A DNA stretch of 59,888 nt. It comes from a virus (lineage: Duplodnaviria; Caudoviricetes). A program made the translations under genes and the position numbers. This document shows positions 28,122-38,145 of the stretch, in pieces; position 1 is the stretch's first letter, and each line of letters opens with the position of its first letter. The notes below the pieces were generated by a model that searched no databases, was not told the DNA's origin, and saw nothing but the letters and a program-made list of their open reading frames with translations. The DNA lies in IMG/VR virus record IMGVR_UViG_3300032797_000052, positions 1 to 59,888 of that record. The stretch is one strand, 5' to 3'.

Positions 28122-29926
28122 TGCTAACCGTATATGATAGCACTGGTAATATTAGAAACAGTAATGTTCCTGCTACTGGACTTCAAACAATTCTTAATGT
28201 TAAAGATTATGGAGCCGTAGGTGATGGTGTTACTAATGATACTACAGCAATTCAAAATGCCATTAATGCAGCACAAAGTCTTGGTACTGGTGGAAGAGGA
28301 ATAGATGTTTATTTCCCTGCCGGTGTTTATTATATAAATGCTACACTTACAGTATTACAAGATAATGTTAGATTAATTGGGGCTGGTAGAGGAAGCACAG
28401 TCATCTATCCTAACTTTGCATCTGGAGATATTATCCAATTTGGTAATGGGACAACTGCCAGAGCACAGCAAGGATTTTTGCACATGCAAATCTTTGCTCC
28501 GGCTGCAAGAACAACCGGAGTTGGAATTAATATTCAGTACTCTGCTGATTTCTTACTTGAAGATTTTGCAATGAATAATATGGTTATTGGAGTACAAATA
28601 GGTACTGCTGCTAATCCGTCATTAAAAGTTCATATTCGTAATGGAACTATTAATGCTTTATTAGTAACAACCGGAGTAGGAATTTATGTTCTAAATGGTC
28701 TAGGTGGAGATACTTATATAGAAGATATTGTTATGAGTAATGCCCCTGCCTCTAAACCAGCAGCAGGAATTCGTGTGACTCAAAGTGGTCACTGTTCTAT
28801 TCTTCGTACTAATGTTACAAGTTGTTTAATTGGATTGGATGTAAATCCTGGTGCTGCCCAAGATGTTTCTTATATGTTTATTGATCACAGTTTATTTGAC
28901 TCTTGTGGAACACATGGGGCTAGATTTTCTCCAACAGCCGCTACTGGTCGTATTCGTAATGTAATGTCTGTAAATTGTTGGTATTCAGGTTCATCAACTA
29001 ATTATGGTATTGAATTTGGTGGATCATCAGGAACACTTAATGCATTAAGTTTTATTGGTTGTCGTATTCTAAATAATTATAATCATGGTGTTTATATTTC
29101 ATATGCATCAGCAAGAAATATTAGTTTCACTGATTGTACTATTTCTGGTAATGGCACACAAACAACTAATACTTATGATGGTATTAATATAGTTGCAAAT
29201 GTTAGTGGATTATCAGTAGTAAACTGTAAAATTGGACAGGCAGGAACAGCAACAAGTATTCAAAGATATGCTATTAATATTGCAGCGGGAACAAGTGAAG
29301 ATATTCAACTTATTGGTAATGACTGTCAACCAAATGGAACAGTAGGAACACATGGATGTATTAATATTGGTACACTTACAGGCGGTGGGAATCAAATAAT
29401 TTTAAATAATCCAGCCGTTCCAGCAGGTAGTGGAGCATGTACTATTGCCGCATCTTCTGCTATTAACACAACTGAAACAGTTATTTCTTCCCCACTTCGT
29501 CTTGCAGCAAGTGGAATACGTGCTCAAACATTTTTTAGATTTGACATTACAGGTACATGCACTTCTACAGCACCAAATGTTTCAACATTTAGAGTTAGAC
29601 TAGGGACAGCAGGAACTACTAGCGATACAGCAATTGCTACCTTTGCAACTTTGGGAGCATCATCATCTGGAACAGCAATTCCATTCTCAATTGATATAGA
29701 AGTAGTTTCCAGAGTACCAGGAGCAGCAGGTACATTCTATGGTTCTTTGACTGTAACAAATCATGGAACTGCTGGTATTTCTCCTATACCAGTACAAGTT
29801 ATATTAGGATCAATGGCTACTGCAAGTACTCTAACTGCTGATTATATTACTTGTACTTATCAAAGTGCCGCAGCAACAACTACATCAACTTTCCAAATGG
29901 TTGCTACAGAAGTTAGTGTTGGATAA
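28121..29926 (+). CDS. right-handed beta-helix spike (pectate lyase-like depolymerase/RBP)
   Basis: NVKDYGAVGDGVTNDTTAIQNAI, VYFPAGVY, Asn-ladder repeats. Confidence 0.85.
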   Translation: MLTVYDSTGNIRNSNVPATGLQTILNVKDYGAVGDGVTNDTTAIQNAINAAQSLGTGGRGIDVYFPAGVYYINATLTVLQDNVRLIGAGRGSTVIYPNFASGDIIQFGNGTTARAQQGFLHMQIFAPAARTTGVGINIQYSADFLLEDFAMNNMVIGVQIGTAANPSLKVHIRNGTINALLVTTGVGIYVLNGLGGDTYIEDIVMSNAPASKPAAGIRVTQSGHCSILRTNVTSCLIGLDVNPGAAQDVSYMFIDHSLFDSCGTHGARFSPTAATGRIRNVMSVNCWYSGSSTNYGIEFGGSSGTLNALSFIGCRILNNYNHGVYISYASARNISFTDCTISGNGTQTTNTYDGINIVANVSGLSVVNCKIGQAGTATSIQRYAINIAAGTSEDIQLIGNDCQPNGTVGTHGCINIGTLTGGGNQIILNNPAVPAGSGACTIAASSAINTTETVISSPLRLAASGIRAQTFFRFDITGTCTSTAPNVSTFRVRLGTAGTTSDTAIATFATLGASSSGTAIPFSIDIEVVSRVPGAAGTFYGSLTVTNHGTAGISPIPVQVILGSMATASTLTADYITCTYQSAAATTTSTFQMVATEVSVG

Positions 29927-29929
29927 TGA

Positions 29930-31099
29930 ATGCCTAGAAATGGATATGATTTTGCATCAGGTGCTCTCGGTAGTTTTGAAACCTTTGGCAAATTCCAAGG
30001 AGATAATTATCAAAGAACCTCTGGCGGAATTGCTGGATTTATCAGATCAATTACTGATTCAATAGGTATTACTACTACCTTATCAAAAATATATACAGGA
30101 ATTAGAAGTCTTACAAATATAGAAGGAATTACTACAACTTTAACAAAAATAGGAACCTTTTTCAAAAGTTTAACAAGTACAGAAGGTATCACAACAACTC
30201 TTACAAAAGTAGAAGGATTTTTCAAGAGTTTAACAAGCACAGTTGGAGTTACTACTACAACAACTAAGATTGTTAATTTCCTTAGAAGTTCAACAGCTAC
30301 AGTTGGTGTAACTACAACTTTAAATAAAATTGGAACTTATATAAGAAGTTTATCAGTTACAATAGGAATTACTACAACTCTTACTAAAATTGGAACTTTC
30401 TTTAAAAGTTTGATAAGCACAATAGGCATAACAACTACTGTGTCTAAGATAGGAACCTTTGTCAAGAGTTTAACTTCTACAGAAGGGATAACAGATGCTT
30501 TAACAAAAATAGGAACTTATATACGCTCTCTCGCCAGTACAACTGGAATAACTGATGTTCTTAGTTATATAAAGACTGGTTATGGCGCTGTTTATGCTTT
30601 CTTAACAGATACAGAGGCTATAACAGACAGCCTAACAAAAGTTGGAACTTACATAAGAAATCTTACATCTACAGAAAATGTCACAGATATTCTTTCTGAA
30701 GTAGGAACATTTATAAAGAGTTTATCAAATACAATTGGTATTACTTCAATCTTAACAAAAGCAGAAGGTTTTGTAATAAGTCTTTCAAACACAGTTGGTA
30801 TAACAACAGTCCTCTCTAAGATTGGAACCTTCTTTAAAACTATAACTGATATAGAAGGAATAACAACTGTACTTTCTGAGATAGGAACTTTCATAAGAAG
30901 TATTTCTACAATTGAAGGGATAACAACTAGTTTAGGGGCAATAAAATTAATACTGGTATCTCTTATGAGTACAGTTGGAATAACAGATTTCTTATCTGCA
31001 TTTAAATCAATATTTTTTGATACTACAAGTAAGATTATTACTTATGTAAGATTAACTGGTGGAAAGATTGTTACATATATATTTGGTAGAGATGATTAA
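29930..31099 (+). CDS. Thr-rich 20-aa repeat fibre protein
   Basis: About 16 repeats of FIKSLTSTEGITTTLTKIGT. Confidence 0.8.
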   Translation: MPRNGYDFASGALGSFETFGKFQGDNYQRTSGGIAGFIRSITDSIGITTTLSKIYTGIRSLTNIEGITTTLTKIGTFFKSLTSTEGITTTLTKVEGFFKSLTSTVGVTTTTTKIVNFLRSSTATVGVTTTLNKIGTYIRSLSVTIGITTTLTKIGTFFKSLISTIGITTTVSKIGTFVKSLTSTEGITDALTKIGTYIRSLASTTGITDVLSYIKTGYGAVYAFLTDTEAITDSLTKVGTYIRNLTSTENVTDILSEVGTFIKSLSNTIGITSILTKAEGFVISLSNTVGITTVLSKIGTFFKTITDIEGITTVLSEIGTFIRSISTIEGITTSLGAIKLILVSLMSTVGITDFLSAFKSIFFDTTSKIITYVRLTGGKIVTYIFGRDD

Positions 31100-31846
31100 A
31101 TGAGAAGAATCAAACATAAGAAAACAGCTACCATTAATCCTAGTATTAATTATACTGATTGGAATGATTGGCTTGTTGATGAAAACAATAATATTATTGA
31201 TTTGGATCAAGTAACTGATGATTTTCTAAGTGGTGGAACAACAGCAGCCCTAAATGGATTACTTGGAACCTTAAGTTGGTCAATAACTCCTGGTACAGTA
31301 GCATCAAAAGCAGGAGAATTAAATCATCCAGGTATTGTATTGTTGGCAAGTGGCGCTACACAATATAATATTACTCGTTTATATCTTGCAACCAGTGCAA
31401 TAAATCCTTCAATGATGTTAGATAATATGACTTACATTGCATTTATTATTAGACCCTCTCTTGGAACAACTGTAATGTCGGTTAGAGCTGGATTTACCCA
31501 AAGTTTAACCACAACAGATGATGGAGCACAAGGAGCATATTGGTCTTTTAATACTCTTGTAGATAATTATTGGGGAAGTGTTACTAGAGATGCTGGTGGA
31601 ATTACACGAAATCCAACTAATATTCCATATGAACTATCAAAATGGTATTTATTAGAAATTAAACGTAATGGAAACAATTTAGAGTTTTGGTTAAATAATT
31701 CTTTAAAATTTAATCATTCAACAAATATTACTACATTAGGGTTATTTCCATTTATAGCAGTTCAAACAAATGAAACATCAAATAAAACTATTGATATAGA
31801 TTATTTTGCTATGAACACAATAATTAATGCGCAAAGATGGACATAA
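31100..31846 (+). CDS. concanavalin A/lectin-like domain protein
   Basis: HPGI...WYLLEIKRNG..LEFW.N......H.TNI...DIDY. Confidence 0.55.
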   Translation: MRRIKHKKTATINPSINYTDWNDWLVDENNNIIDLDQVTDDFLSGGTTAALNGLLGTLSWSITPGTVASKAGELNHPGIVLLASGATQYNITRLYLATSAINPSMMLDNMTYIAFIIRPSLGTTVMSVRAGFTQSLTTTDDGAQGAYWSFNTLVDNYWGSVTRDAGGITRNPTNIPYELSKWYLLEIKRNGNNLEFWLNNSLKFNHSTNITTLGLFPFIAVQTNETSNKTIDIDYFAMNTIINAQRWT

Positions 31847-31849
31847 GAT

Positions 31850-32038
31850 ATGGGATGGCCTGATGGAGATTGGCCCGATGGAAATTGGGCAGGCTGGAAA
31901 GATTTAGTTTTTGAAGAAATTCTTACTGAAGTCTATTTAGCTGATGGAAAAATTAACACATATTCTACTGAAAAAACTATTACTGAAACAACTAATGAAA
32001 ATGAATCAGGAATAGATACTTATACAGATATGGGATAA
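31850..32038 (+). CDS. small hypothetical protein
   Basis: W-rich N-terminus, coupled ORF. Confidence 0.5.
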   Translation: MGWPDGDWPDGNWAGWKDLVFEEILTEVYLADGKINTYSTEKTITETTNENESGIDTYTDMG

Positions 32039-32040
32039 AT

Positions 32041-32328
32041 ATGGAAACATCATTTGATCTAGGAGATTATGTTAAGATAGTAGGAGAATTTTATAGTAAT
32101 GATATTTATACAGACCCCGCGACTGTAGAAATAACTATAACATCTCCTACTGGAATAGTGTATTATTATATATATGGAGTAGGTACAGATATAAAAAAGG
32201 AAGGAATTGGAATTTATTACATAGAACTTGAAGGAACTGAATCTGGACTTTGGTATTATTATTGGAAAGCCACTGGAAATGTAAAAGGCACGGAGCCAGG
32301 AAAATTTTTCATAAGATATCTGGCATAA
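32041..32328 (+). CDS. small Ig-like virion protein
   Basis: DPATV.I.I.SP.G...GIYY....G.W.Y.W.ATG. Confidence 0.55.
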   Translation: METSFDLGDYVKIVGEFYSNDIYTDPATVEITITSPTGIVYYYIYGVGTDIKKEGIGIYYIELEGTESGLWYYYWKATGNVKGTEPGKFFIRYLA

Positions 32329-32350
32329 TATCACATAAGGAGATATTGAT

Positions 32351-33634
32351 ATGGTAAAATCAAAAGGAAAGGATAAAACAATTTTAGTTATTGGAGATGC
32401 TGTAACTCCAACAGGATTTGCAAGGGTACTTCATAGTTTATTTGTACCTTTATCAAAGAAATATAATATTCATCAGATTGGAGTAAACTATGCTGGCGAT
32501 CCACATAGTTTTCCTTACTCTATTTATCCAGCAATGCTTAGATATGATATCTATGGAGTAAATAGAATTGCGGAATTGGTTGATAGACTAAAGCCAGATT
32601 TAATTTTTATTCTTAATGATTTATGGATACATGCCGAGTATATGAAAGTCTTGAAGGACTATCTTAATAAAATAAAGATAGTCATGTACTCCCCGATAGA
32701 CGCAGGACCGATAGATTATAGATGGTTAAAAGAAATAAAAGATATTAATAGATTTATAGTATATACAGATTTTGCAAAAGATGTAATAGAAGATAGTTTA
32801 AGAACTTGGATTAAAAAAGAAGGGATTGATAAAGTTAGATTTCCTCCAATAAATATTCTACCTCATGGAATTGACACTAAGACTTTCTATCCATTTCCAG
32901 ATATAGAGGGAGTTAGCGGGAAGATTATAGCTAAGAAAGAATTACTTCCAAACAGGTCTGATTTCTTGGATTCATTTATTGTTTTGAATGCTAATAGAAA
33001 TCAACCAAGAAAAAGATTAGATACCACAATTAAGGGTTTTAAACTTTTTGCAGATAATAAACCAATAAATGTAAAACTTTATATGCATACTGGCATAGAG
33101 GATATGGGTTGGAATATTGTTAATTTATGTAATAGATATGATATAGATGATAGACTAATTGTATCAAGTATAAATCCTGGTGTTCAAACTGTTCCAGATA
33201 ATAGATTAAATCTTATTTATAATGCCTGTGATATAGGAATAAATACATCTGTTGGGGAGGGTTGGGGATTGTGCAATTGGGAACATGCAGCTACTAAAGC
33301 AGCACAAATTGTTCCTAATCACTCATCAAATACAGAATTATGGAGTAACAAAAGAGGAATATTAATGGAACCCTCTTTTAGTTTGACAAATGAAAGAGTT
33401 TTAACAGAAGGAAGATTTGTTACTCCAGAAACAGTAGCAGAATCTCTAGAATTACTTTATCAAGATAAGCAACTTAGAGATAAATTAGCTAATAATGCAT
33501 ATAAATATATTACTAAACCAAAATTTAATTGGAAAAATATATCTAAACTTTTAGATGATATATTAATAGAAGTTCTAGAAGAAGAGTTGCCAAAAGTCGA
33601 GGAACAAACAGATGGTAATATCGTGGCCCTCTAA
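32351..33634 (+). CDS. GT4 glycosyltransferase
   Basis: TGFARV, PHGID...FYP, NRNQPRKR, YNACD.GINTS.GEGWGL. Confidence 0.9.
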   Translation: MVKSKGKDKTILVIGDAVTPTGFARVLHSLFVPLSKKYNIHQIGVNYAGDPHSFPYSIYPAMLRYDIYGVNRIAELVDRLKPDLIFILNDLWIHAEYMKVLKDYLNKIKIVMYSPIDAGPIDYRWLKEIKDINRFIVYTDFAKDVIEDSLRTWIKKEGIDKVRFPPINILPHGIDTKTFYPFPDIEGVSGKIIAKKELLPNRSDFLDSFIVLNANRNQPRKRLDTTIKGFKLFADNKPINVKLYMHTGIEDMGWNIVNLCNRYDIDDRLIVSSINPGVQTVPDNRLNLIYNACDIGINTSVGEGWGLCNWEHAATKAAQIVPNHSSNTELWSNKRGILMEPSFSLTNERVLTEGRFVTPETVAESLELLYQDKQLRDKLANNAYKYITKPKFNWKNISKLLDDILIEVLEEELPKVEEQTDGNIVAL

Positions 33635-34055
33635 TACAGTAAATGTTATAGACGAGATTAGAGATGCTATAGGAAGAAATGTCATAATTAATATTCCTAT
33701 TACTGGAATTGCATGTACTAATCCATCTGACCATTTAGACCCTGTTACCAATCTATCTACTAATCAATTTTGTCCAACTTGTCACGGTGCGTATTGGCTA
33801 AATTCTATTTCTGGAGTTACTGTAATTGCTCATGTTACATGGAAACCAGCAGAAATTCCAATGTGGTATCCTGGTGGGCAGATTGTTGAAGGAGATTGTT
33901 TAGTTCAAATCAAATATACTGCATCAGCATATACTTATGTAACTGACGCAGAAAGTTTTATTGTAGATGGGAAAACACTAACAAAGAGAAATATTATTCT
34001 AAGAGGAGTACCACAGACAAATAGAATTCTTGTTGCGTTAGATCAACAAGAATAG
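33612..34055 (+). CDS. head closure/neck protein
   Basis: Position; C...CPTCHG insert. Confidence 0.5.
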   Translation: MVISWPSNTVNVIDEIRDAIGRNVIINIPITGIACTNPSDHLDPVTNLSTNQFCPTCHGAYWLNSISGVTVIAHVTWKPAEIPMWYPGGQIVEGDCLVQIKYTASAYTYVTDAESFIVDGKTLTKRNIILRGVPQTNRILVALDQQE

Positions 34056-34066
34056 GAGAGGAAACT

Positions 34067-34303
34067 ATGGTTAAGAGAGAAGGTCAAGTCGTTATTGATG
34101 GACTAGATATGTTTGATATAATCACCTGGATTAGTAAAAAAAATCGAAGATATATAGCAAATGGATTACGAGATTTGGAAGAAATTTTGGGTAAAGATAC
34201 AGAAGCATATGTAAGAGCAAGAAAATTATATCTAGATAGTTTCAATGATTATACTCGTTCTATTTTGATTACATTATTTGGAAACATAGAGGGATTATTC
34301 TAG
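34067..34303 (+). CDS. hypothetical protein
   Basis: AGGAGAGG RBS. Confidence 0.6.
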   Translation: MVKREGQVVIDGLDMFDIITWISKKNRRYIANGLRDLEEILGKDTEAYVRARKLYLDSFNDYTRSILITLFGNIEGLF

Positions 34304-35199
34304 TGGCAAAGGATATAACTTCTGAGTATCTAATGGAACTTTCCAGAAATGCTGGAAAACTTGCTAGAGCGGCTGGAAAGGAAGGTATGACAGCAGATGA
34401 TATAGCAACAGCAGCGGCAGCGGCAATTCATGGCAACGCTAAAATGAAATTATTAGAACTTCTTGATGAGGCTATATCTGCCACTGAAGAATTTAATATA
34501 GGAGAATTTACAGGACCTTTACATAAATGTTTTAATGCAAAAGATATAATAACATATACTAGAAATGGTGCTCTTATAAATGCAAAAGAATTTGCAGGTA
34601 GTTATGAAGATTTAAGAGCAGGAATAGACGCAGCTAGAGCAGAATTAGGTATTGGAAAAACTCTATCTATAATAGATGCTTCAAGATTTTGGAAATGGAG
34701 AATTTATAAACCAGCAAGAGAAGGAGAAATTCCAAAAACATTTTCTGTATATAAATATAAAACTAAACTTTCTAGAGAAAAGACTAAAGAGAGAAAAGAA
34801 AATCAAACAGAAAAATTACTAGCATATGCAAAAGAAAAATATAAACTGACTATTACAGCTAGAAAAAGAGGATGGCAATTGGCTCCTTATTGGTTACTTA
34901 TAGATAATGGTAATAAAATAAATAATATGACGGGAGGACATCCATATCCAGAAGTTAAACCTCAAAGATTTACTTATAAAGCAAAACAAGCAATTAATAT
35001 ACTTTATAGAGATGCAATGGTAGCAGAGATAGAAAAATATGCAAAGGATTTATCTGAGGAAGTTCTTGAGTTTCTCTATAATCCAAAATCAGCAAGACCT
35101 GGAACGGCTTTAGGAAAAGTAAAAGCTAGAGGTAACAGAGTAAGAGATTTATTTGTAACACGCGCAGGATTATTAGGTTATAGAACTGTAGAGGAATAA
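34303..35199 (+). CDS. putative neck/tail completion protein
   Basis: APYW...DNG motif; located before the tail terminator. Confidence 0.45.
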   Translation: MAKDITSEYLMELSRNAGKLARAAGKEGMTADDIATAAAAAIHGNAKMKLLELLDEAISATEEFNIGEFTGPLHKCFNAKDIITYTRNGALINAKEFAGSYEDLRAGIDAARAELGIGKTLSIIDASRFWKWRIYKPAREGEIPKTFSVYKYKTKLSREKTKERKENQTEKLLAYAKEKYKLTITARKRGWQLAPYWLLIDNGNKINNMTGGHPYPEVKPQRFTYKAKQAINILYRDAMVAEIEKYAKDLSEEVLEFLYNPKSARPGTALGKVKARGNRVRDLFVTRAGLLGYRTVEE

Positions 35200-35648
35200 T
35201 GCATCTTTTAAGAAAACAAGATTTAAGCATATATTATTGGCTCCAAAGTCTATTGTCGGCATATTCATTTGTGTCGGTAGAAGATGGATATCCAGATAAA
35301 ATTCTGGTTAATCCAACTGTCTCGATTGATGCGATGGATTTTCCTATCGTACCTTTCGAGTTAGGTAATAGAGTAGGACAAAGAAGGAGACCTTGGGCTA
35401 TAGATATATTTGCATTAAATAAGGCTCAGAGAGACGAGTTAGCTTATCTTATCATGGATGCCCTCGAAAACAGTATATCTGTCTACGACTATGATATAAA
35501 TTTCCCGCCTCCAACACCACCGCAAATTGGTGCATTAGAGCCGAGCGATATTGAGGTTAGAATAATTATGTCTTTTCCTAGTGGTTCAGAGGAAAAGTTA
35601 TTCTGGCGTTCCTCAATTCTGTTTATAACTACGTACCACCCAAATTAA
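35199..35648 (+). CDS. tail terminator protein
   Basis: PTVSID...IDIFA.NK.QRDEL; located before the tail tube. Confidence 0.6.
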   Translation: MHLLRKQDLSIYYWLQSLLSAYSFVSVEDGYPDKILVNPTVSIDAMDFPIVPFELGNRVGQRRRPWAIDIFALNKAQRDELAYLIMDALENSISVYDYDINFPPPTPPQIGALEPSDIEVRIIMSFPSGSEEKLFWRSSILFITTYHPN

Positions 35649-35666
35649 TTTAGGAGGAAATTTTAA

Positions 35667-36860
35667 ATGGCAACAAGACGAGTTTCAATTCCATCTAAGC
35701 ATGTCGAGCTTAAGTTAGTTGGCCCTCGTGATGCTTTACTTGTGCCTCGCGTTCAAAGATTAACTGCAAATGCTGATATTCCATCAACTTCAGTTGATGA
35801 ACTTGGAAATTCTCAGCACGTTGGAACTTCTAGAGATATGCCAAATGTTACTTTGACATTTCAAGCTATGGATGTTGGACATAAAATTGTATCTATTCTA
35901 ACTGGTACAAGTATGTCAGGATATCCTGGTGCTGGAATAAATATAACAGCATTGGCTAAAACATTTGACGCCGTTGGTCTAATTAAAGATGAGACGGTTG
36001 CTGATTATATTAAGACGATGCACTTAAGAAAATTGACTCTCCAAACAATAGCCTTAAATTACACTGTTGATGGTGATTCTACAGAAGAATACACAGCAAT
36101 TGGTTCTGCAAAGCGTTGGTTTACAAATGATGTTGTAGTTGAGAAATTTGCATCAGGTTCTACTGTTTTCACGCTTGCATACACACCTGTTGCCCTTAAA
36201 GATGGAAGTAAAGCTATATCAGTTATTAGAGATACTAACTACGATACAGAAGTATCTGGTGCACCTGGAGCCGGAGAATATAGAATTGTTACTACAACTC
36301 TTACTCTTGGAACCGCTATTACTTCCCAAGTTATCGTAGTCTACCAAGCTAACCCTGGTGGAAATAACTGGACAGATGTTAGTGATTTGACTCTTCCGTC
36401 ATCCATTAAGGGTAAAGATGTTCCATTGCTTATTCAAGCAAATAATATGGAAAGAGTGCAGTCATTAACAATTAATGCTGCGTTCAATCCTACTGCCGTT
36501 AGAGAAATGGGTAATAGAAATATAGTTGGATATACTTATCCAGTTCCAGATGTTACTGGTACTATTACAGTATTGGATACAGATACTCAACTTATTAGAT
36601 TATTCACTAGTGGTGGATTAGGCGATACAGAGTTCCAAAGTGGATTCTGTGCAGCTACAGGAATTTCATTGATTGTTAAATTGCTTGATCCTGCTTCATG
36701 CACTCCTCCATACAGTGTTCTTAAGACAGTTTACCTTGATAAGATTACAATTACAAGCGATGGATTTACATCTAATGTAAATGATAATGCTTCTCAAACA
36801 TTTGATTGGAGATCAGAGACAGGTAATCTAATTGTCTACTCAGGTGCAATGCCTGGATAA
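35667..36860 (+). CDS. major tail (tube) protein
   Basis: RVQ.L...V.E.GN motif duplicated internally, strong RBS, located before chaperone/TMP. Confidence 0.7.
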   Translation: MATRRVSIPSKHVELKLVGPRDALLVPRVQRLTANADIPSTSVDELGNSQHVGTSRDMPNVTLTFQAMDVGHKIVSILTGTSMSGYPGAGINITALAKTFDAVGLIKDETVADYIKTMHLRKLTLQTIALNYTVDGDSTEEYTAIGSAKRWFTNDVVVEKFASGSTVFTLAYTPVALKDGSKAISVIRDTNYDTEVSGAPGAGEYRIVTTTLTLGTAITSQVIVVYQANPGGNNWTDVSDLTLPSSIKGKDVPLLIQANNMERVQSLTINAAFNPTAVREMGNRNIVGYTYPVPDVTGTITVLDTDTQLIRLFTSGGLGDTEFQSGFCAATGISLIVKLLDPASCTPPYSVLKTVYLDKITITSDGFTSNVNDNASQTFDWRSETGNLIVYSGAMPG

Positions 36861-36896
36861 TTATAACTAAATAATTTTGACAAAAGGGAGTATATT

Positions 36897-36957
36897 GAGG
36901 GGTCATACATAAAATTCTGGATTAATTTTAGAATTATGTAATTATGTATGACCCCTC
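36897..36957 (+). other. long hairpin after the tail tube gene (terminator or processing site)
   Basis: Perfect 16-bp stem GAGGGGTCATACATAA/TTATGTATGACCCCTC. Confidence 0.7.
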
Positions 36958-37010
36958 GGTTTCTTAAAGGAGGCTAACATGAACAAGCCGGGGAGTACCA
37001 AGTAGTTCAA

Positions 37011-37124
37011 GTGTACTGTGAATTTTGTGGCCGTTATATAAGAGTAGAACATGGAGATGATTGGTTAATTTGTCCAAACTGCGGTCAATTATTAATGTGG
37101 CATGTAGTTATGGATATAGGATAG
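37011..37124 (+). CDS. tiny Zn-ribbon protein (37 aa)
   Basis: GTG start; YCEFCG...ICPNCGQ; absent from the ORF track. Confidence 0.5.
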   Translation: MYCEFCGRYIRVEHGDDWLICPNCGQLLMWHVVMDIG

Positions 37125-37133
37125 GAGAGGAAA

Positions 37134-37898
37134 ATGGATATCGAAAAAAATGATGTAAATCTTTCTAGTTTATTTAAATGGCAAACTAAAATAACAATTA
37201 AGGATGCTAATGGAAATGATGCAGCTTATGCTTTTATGAGATTGGTAGGAGATGCTGATTTAAATAGAGCTAGAGTTTTTGCATTAAGAGAAAGTTCTAA
37301 ATTGAGAAAGGCATTAAAAACACCTGGAACAGATGAGTATGAGGGATATATTGCTCAAATTAAAGAACAAGAAAAAGATATTTTAACAAGAGCAATCCTA
37401 TTGTTTGAGATAAATGAACTTTCTGAATCTGCTAGAAAAGATGTGGATTTAAAGTTTCCTATAGAACCAAAATCTGATGCCTCTCAAGAGGAACATGAGG
37501 AATACCAAAAAGAACTTGATGATTTTCCTAAAAACTTTGCAGATGCATCCGAAAAAATTTTGCGTAAAAGAATTAAACAAGAGGAGAAACGTCTGGAAGC
37601 AATGGAGGAACAAGATTTAAAAAAGGAGTATATTGCGGGATTTATAAATTATCTCTGCCAAGAAGAAATGACAAGAAAATTTATAGATTTTTGTGTGTAT
37701 CTTGGAACATTTAAAGATAAAAGATATAAGAATAAAGCATTTGAAAATTTTGAAGATTTTAATAACTCTGCTCCAGAATTAAAAGAACAATTGAAGAAAG
37801 AGTATAATGAACTTGAAATGAAGATACCAGACCTAAAAAAATTGCCAGAAGCAACGCAGTCTCAACCGCTTGGAGCGTTGCCCAAGGACAATGGATAA
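37134..37898 (+). CDS. tail assembly chaperone (G)
   Basis: Between tail tube and TMP; slippery A AAA AAA near the end. Confidence 0.7.
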   Translation: MDIEKNDVNLSSLFKWQTKITIKDANGNDAAYAFMRLVGDADLNRARVFALRESSKLRKALKTPGTDEYEGYIAQIKEQEKDILTRAILLFEINELSESARKDVDLKFPIEPKSDASQEEHEEYQKELDDFPKNFADASEKILRKRIKQEEKRLEAMEEQDLKKEYIAGFINYLCQEEMTRKFIDFCVYLGTFKDKRYKNKAFENFEDFNNSAPELKEQLKKEYNELEMKIPDLKKLPEATQSQPLGALPKDNG

Positions 37899-38143
37899 AA
37901 TTATTTCCAGAATTTAAATCACCACTCGATATGCCTTGGCCTTACAGTTTTATAATAAGAAAAAGACAGCAAATAGATTCATTTAATGAGTTACCAAAAG
38001 AAAAAAGACCTCCCGAAAAAATGATTTGGTGGGGAACTCCAGAAAATATTGAAGAGTGGATGGAAAAAGTTTATCCTACAAGTGGTAAAAAAGAAGAACT
38101 TGATGGAATTAATATGATTATTGAGGATAATGAGATAGAATAA
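37835..38143 (+). CDS. tail assembly chaperone frameshift extension (GT)
   Basis: The -1 frame is open from 37835 through the 37931..38143 ORF. Confidence 0.7.
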   Translation, partial: KKIARSNAVSTAWSVAQGQWIKLFPEFKSPLDMPWPYSFIIRKRQQIDSFNELPKEKRPPEKMIWWGTPENIEEWMEKVYPTSGKKEELDGINMIIEDNEIE

Positions 38144-38145
38144 AA

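Noticed and set aside
35199-36860. Contractile tail sheath
   Set aside because: Only one tube-like gene, with no sheath or baseplate wedge motifs
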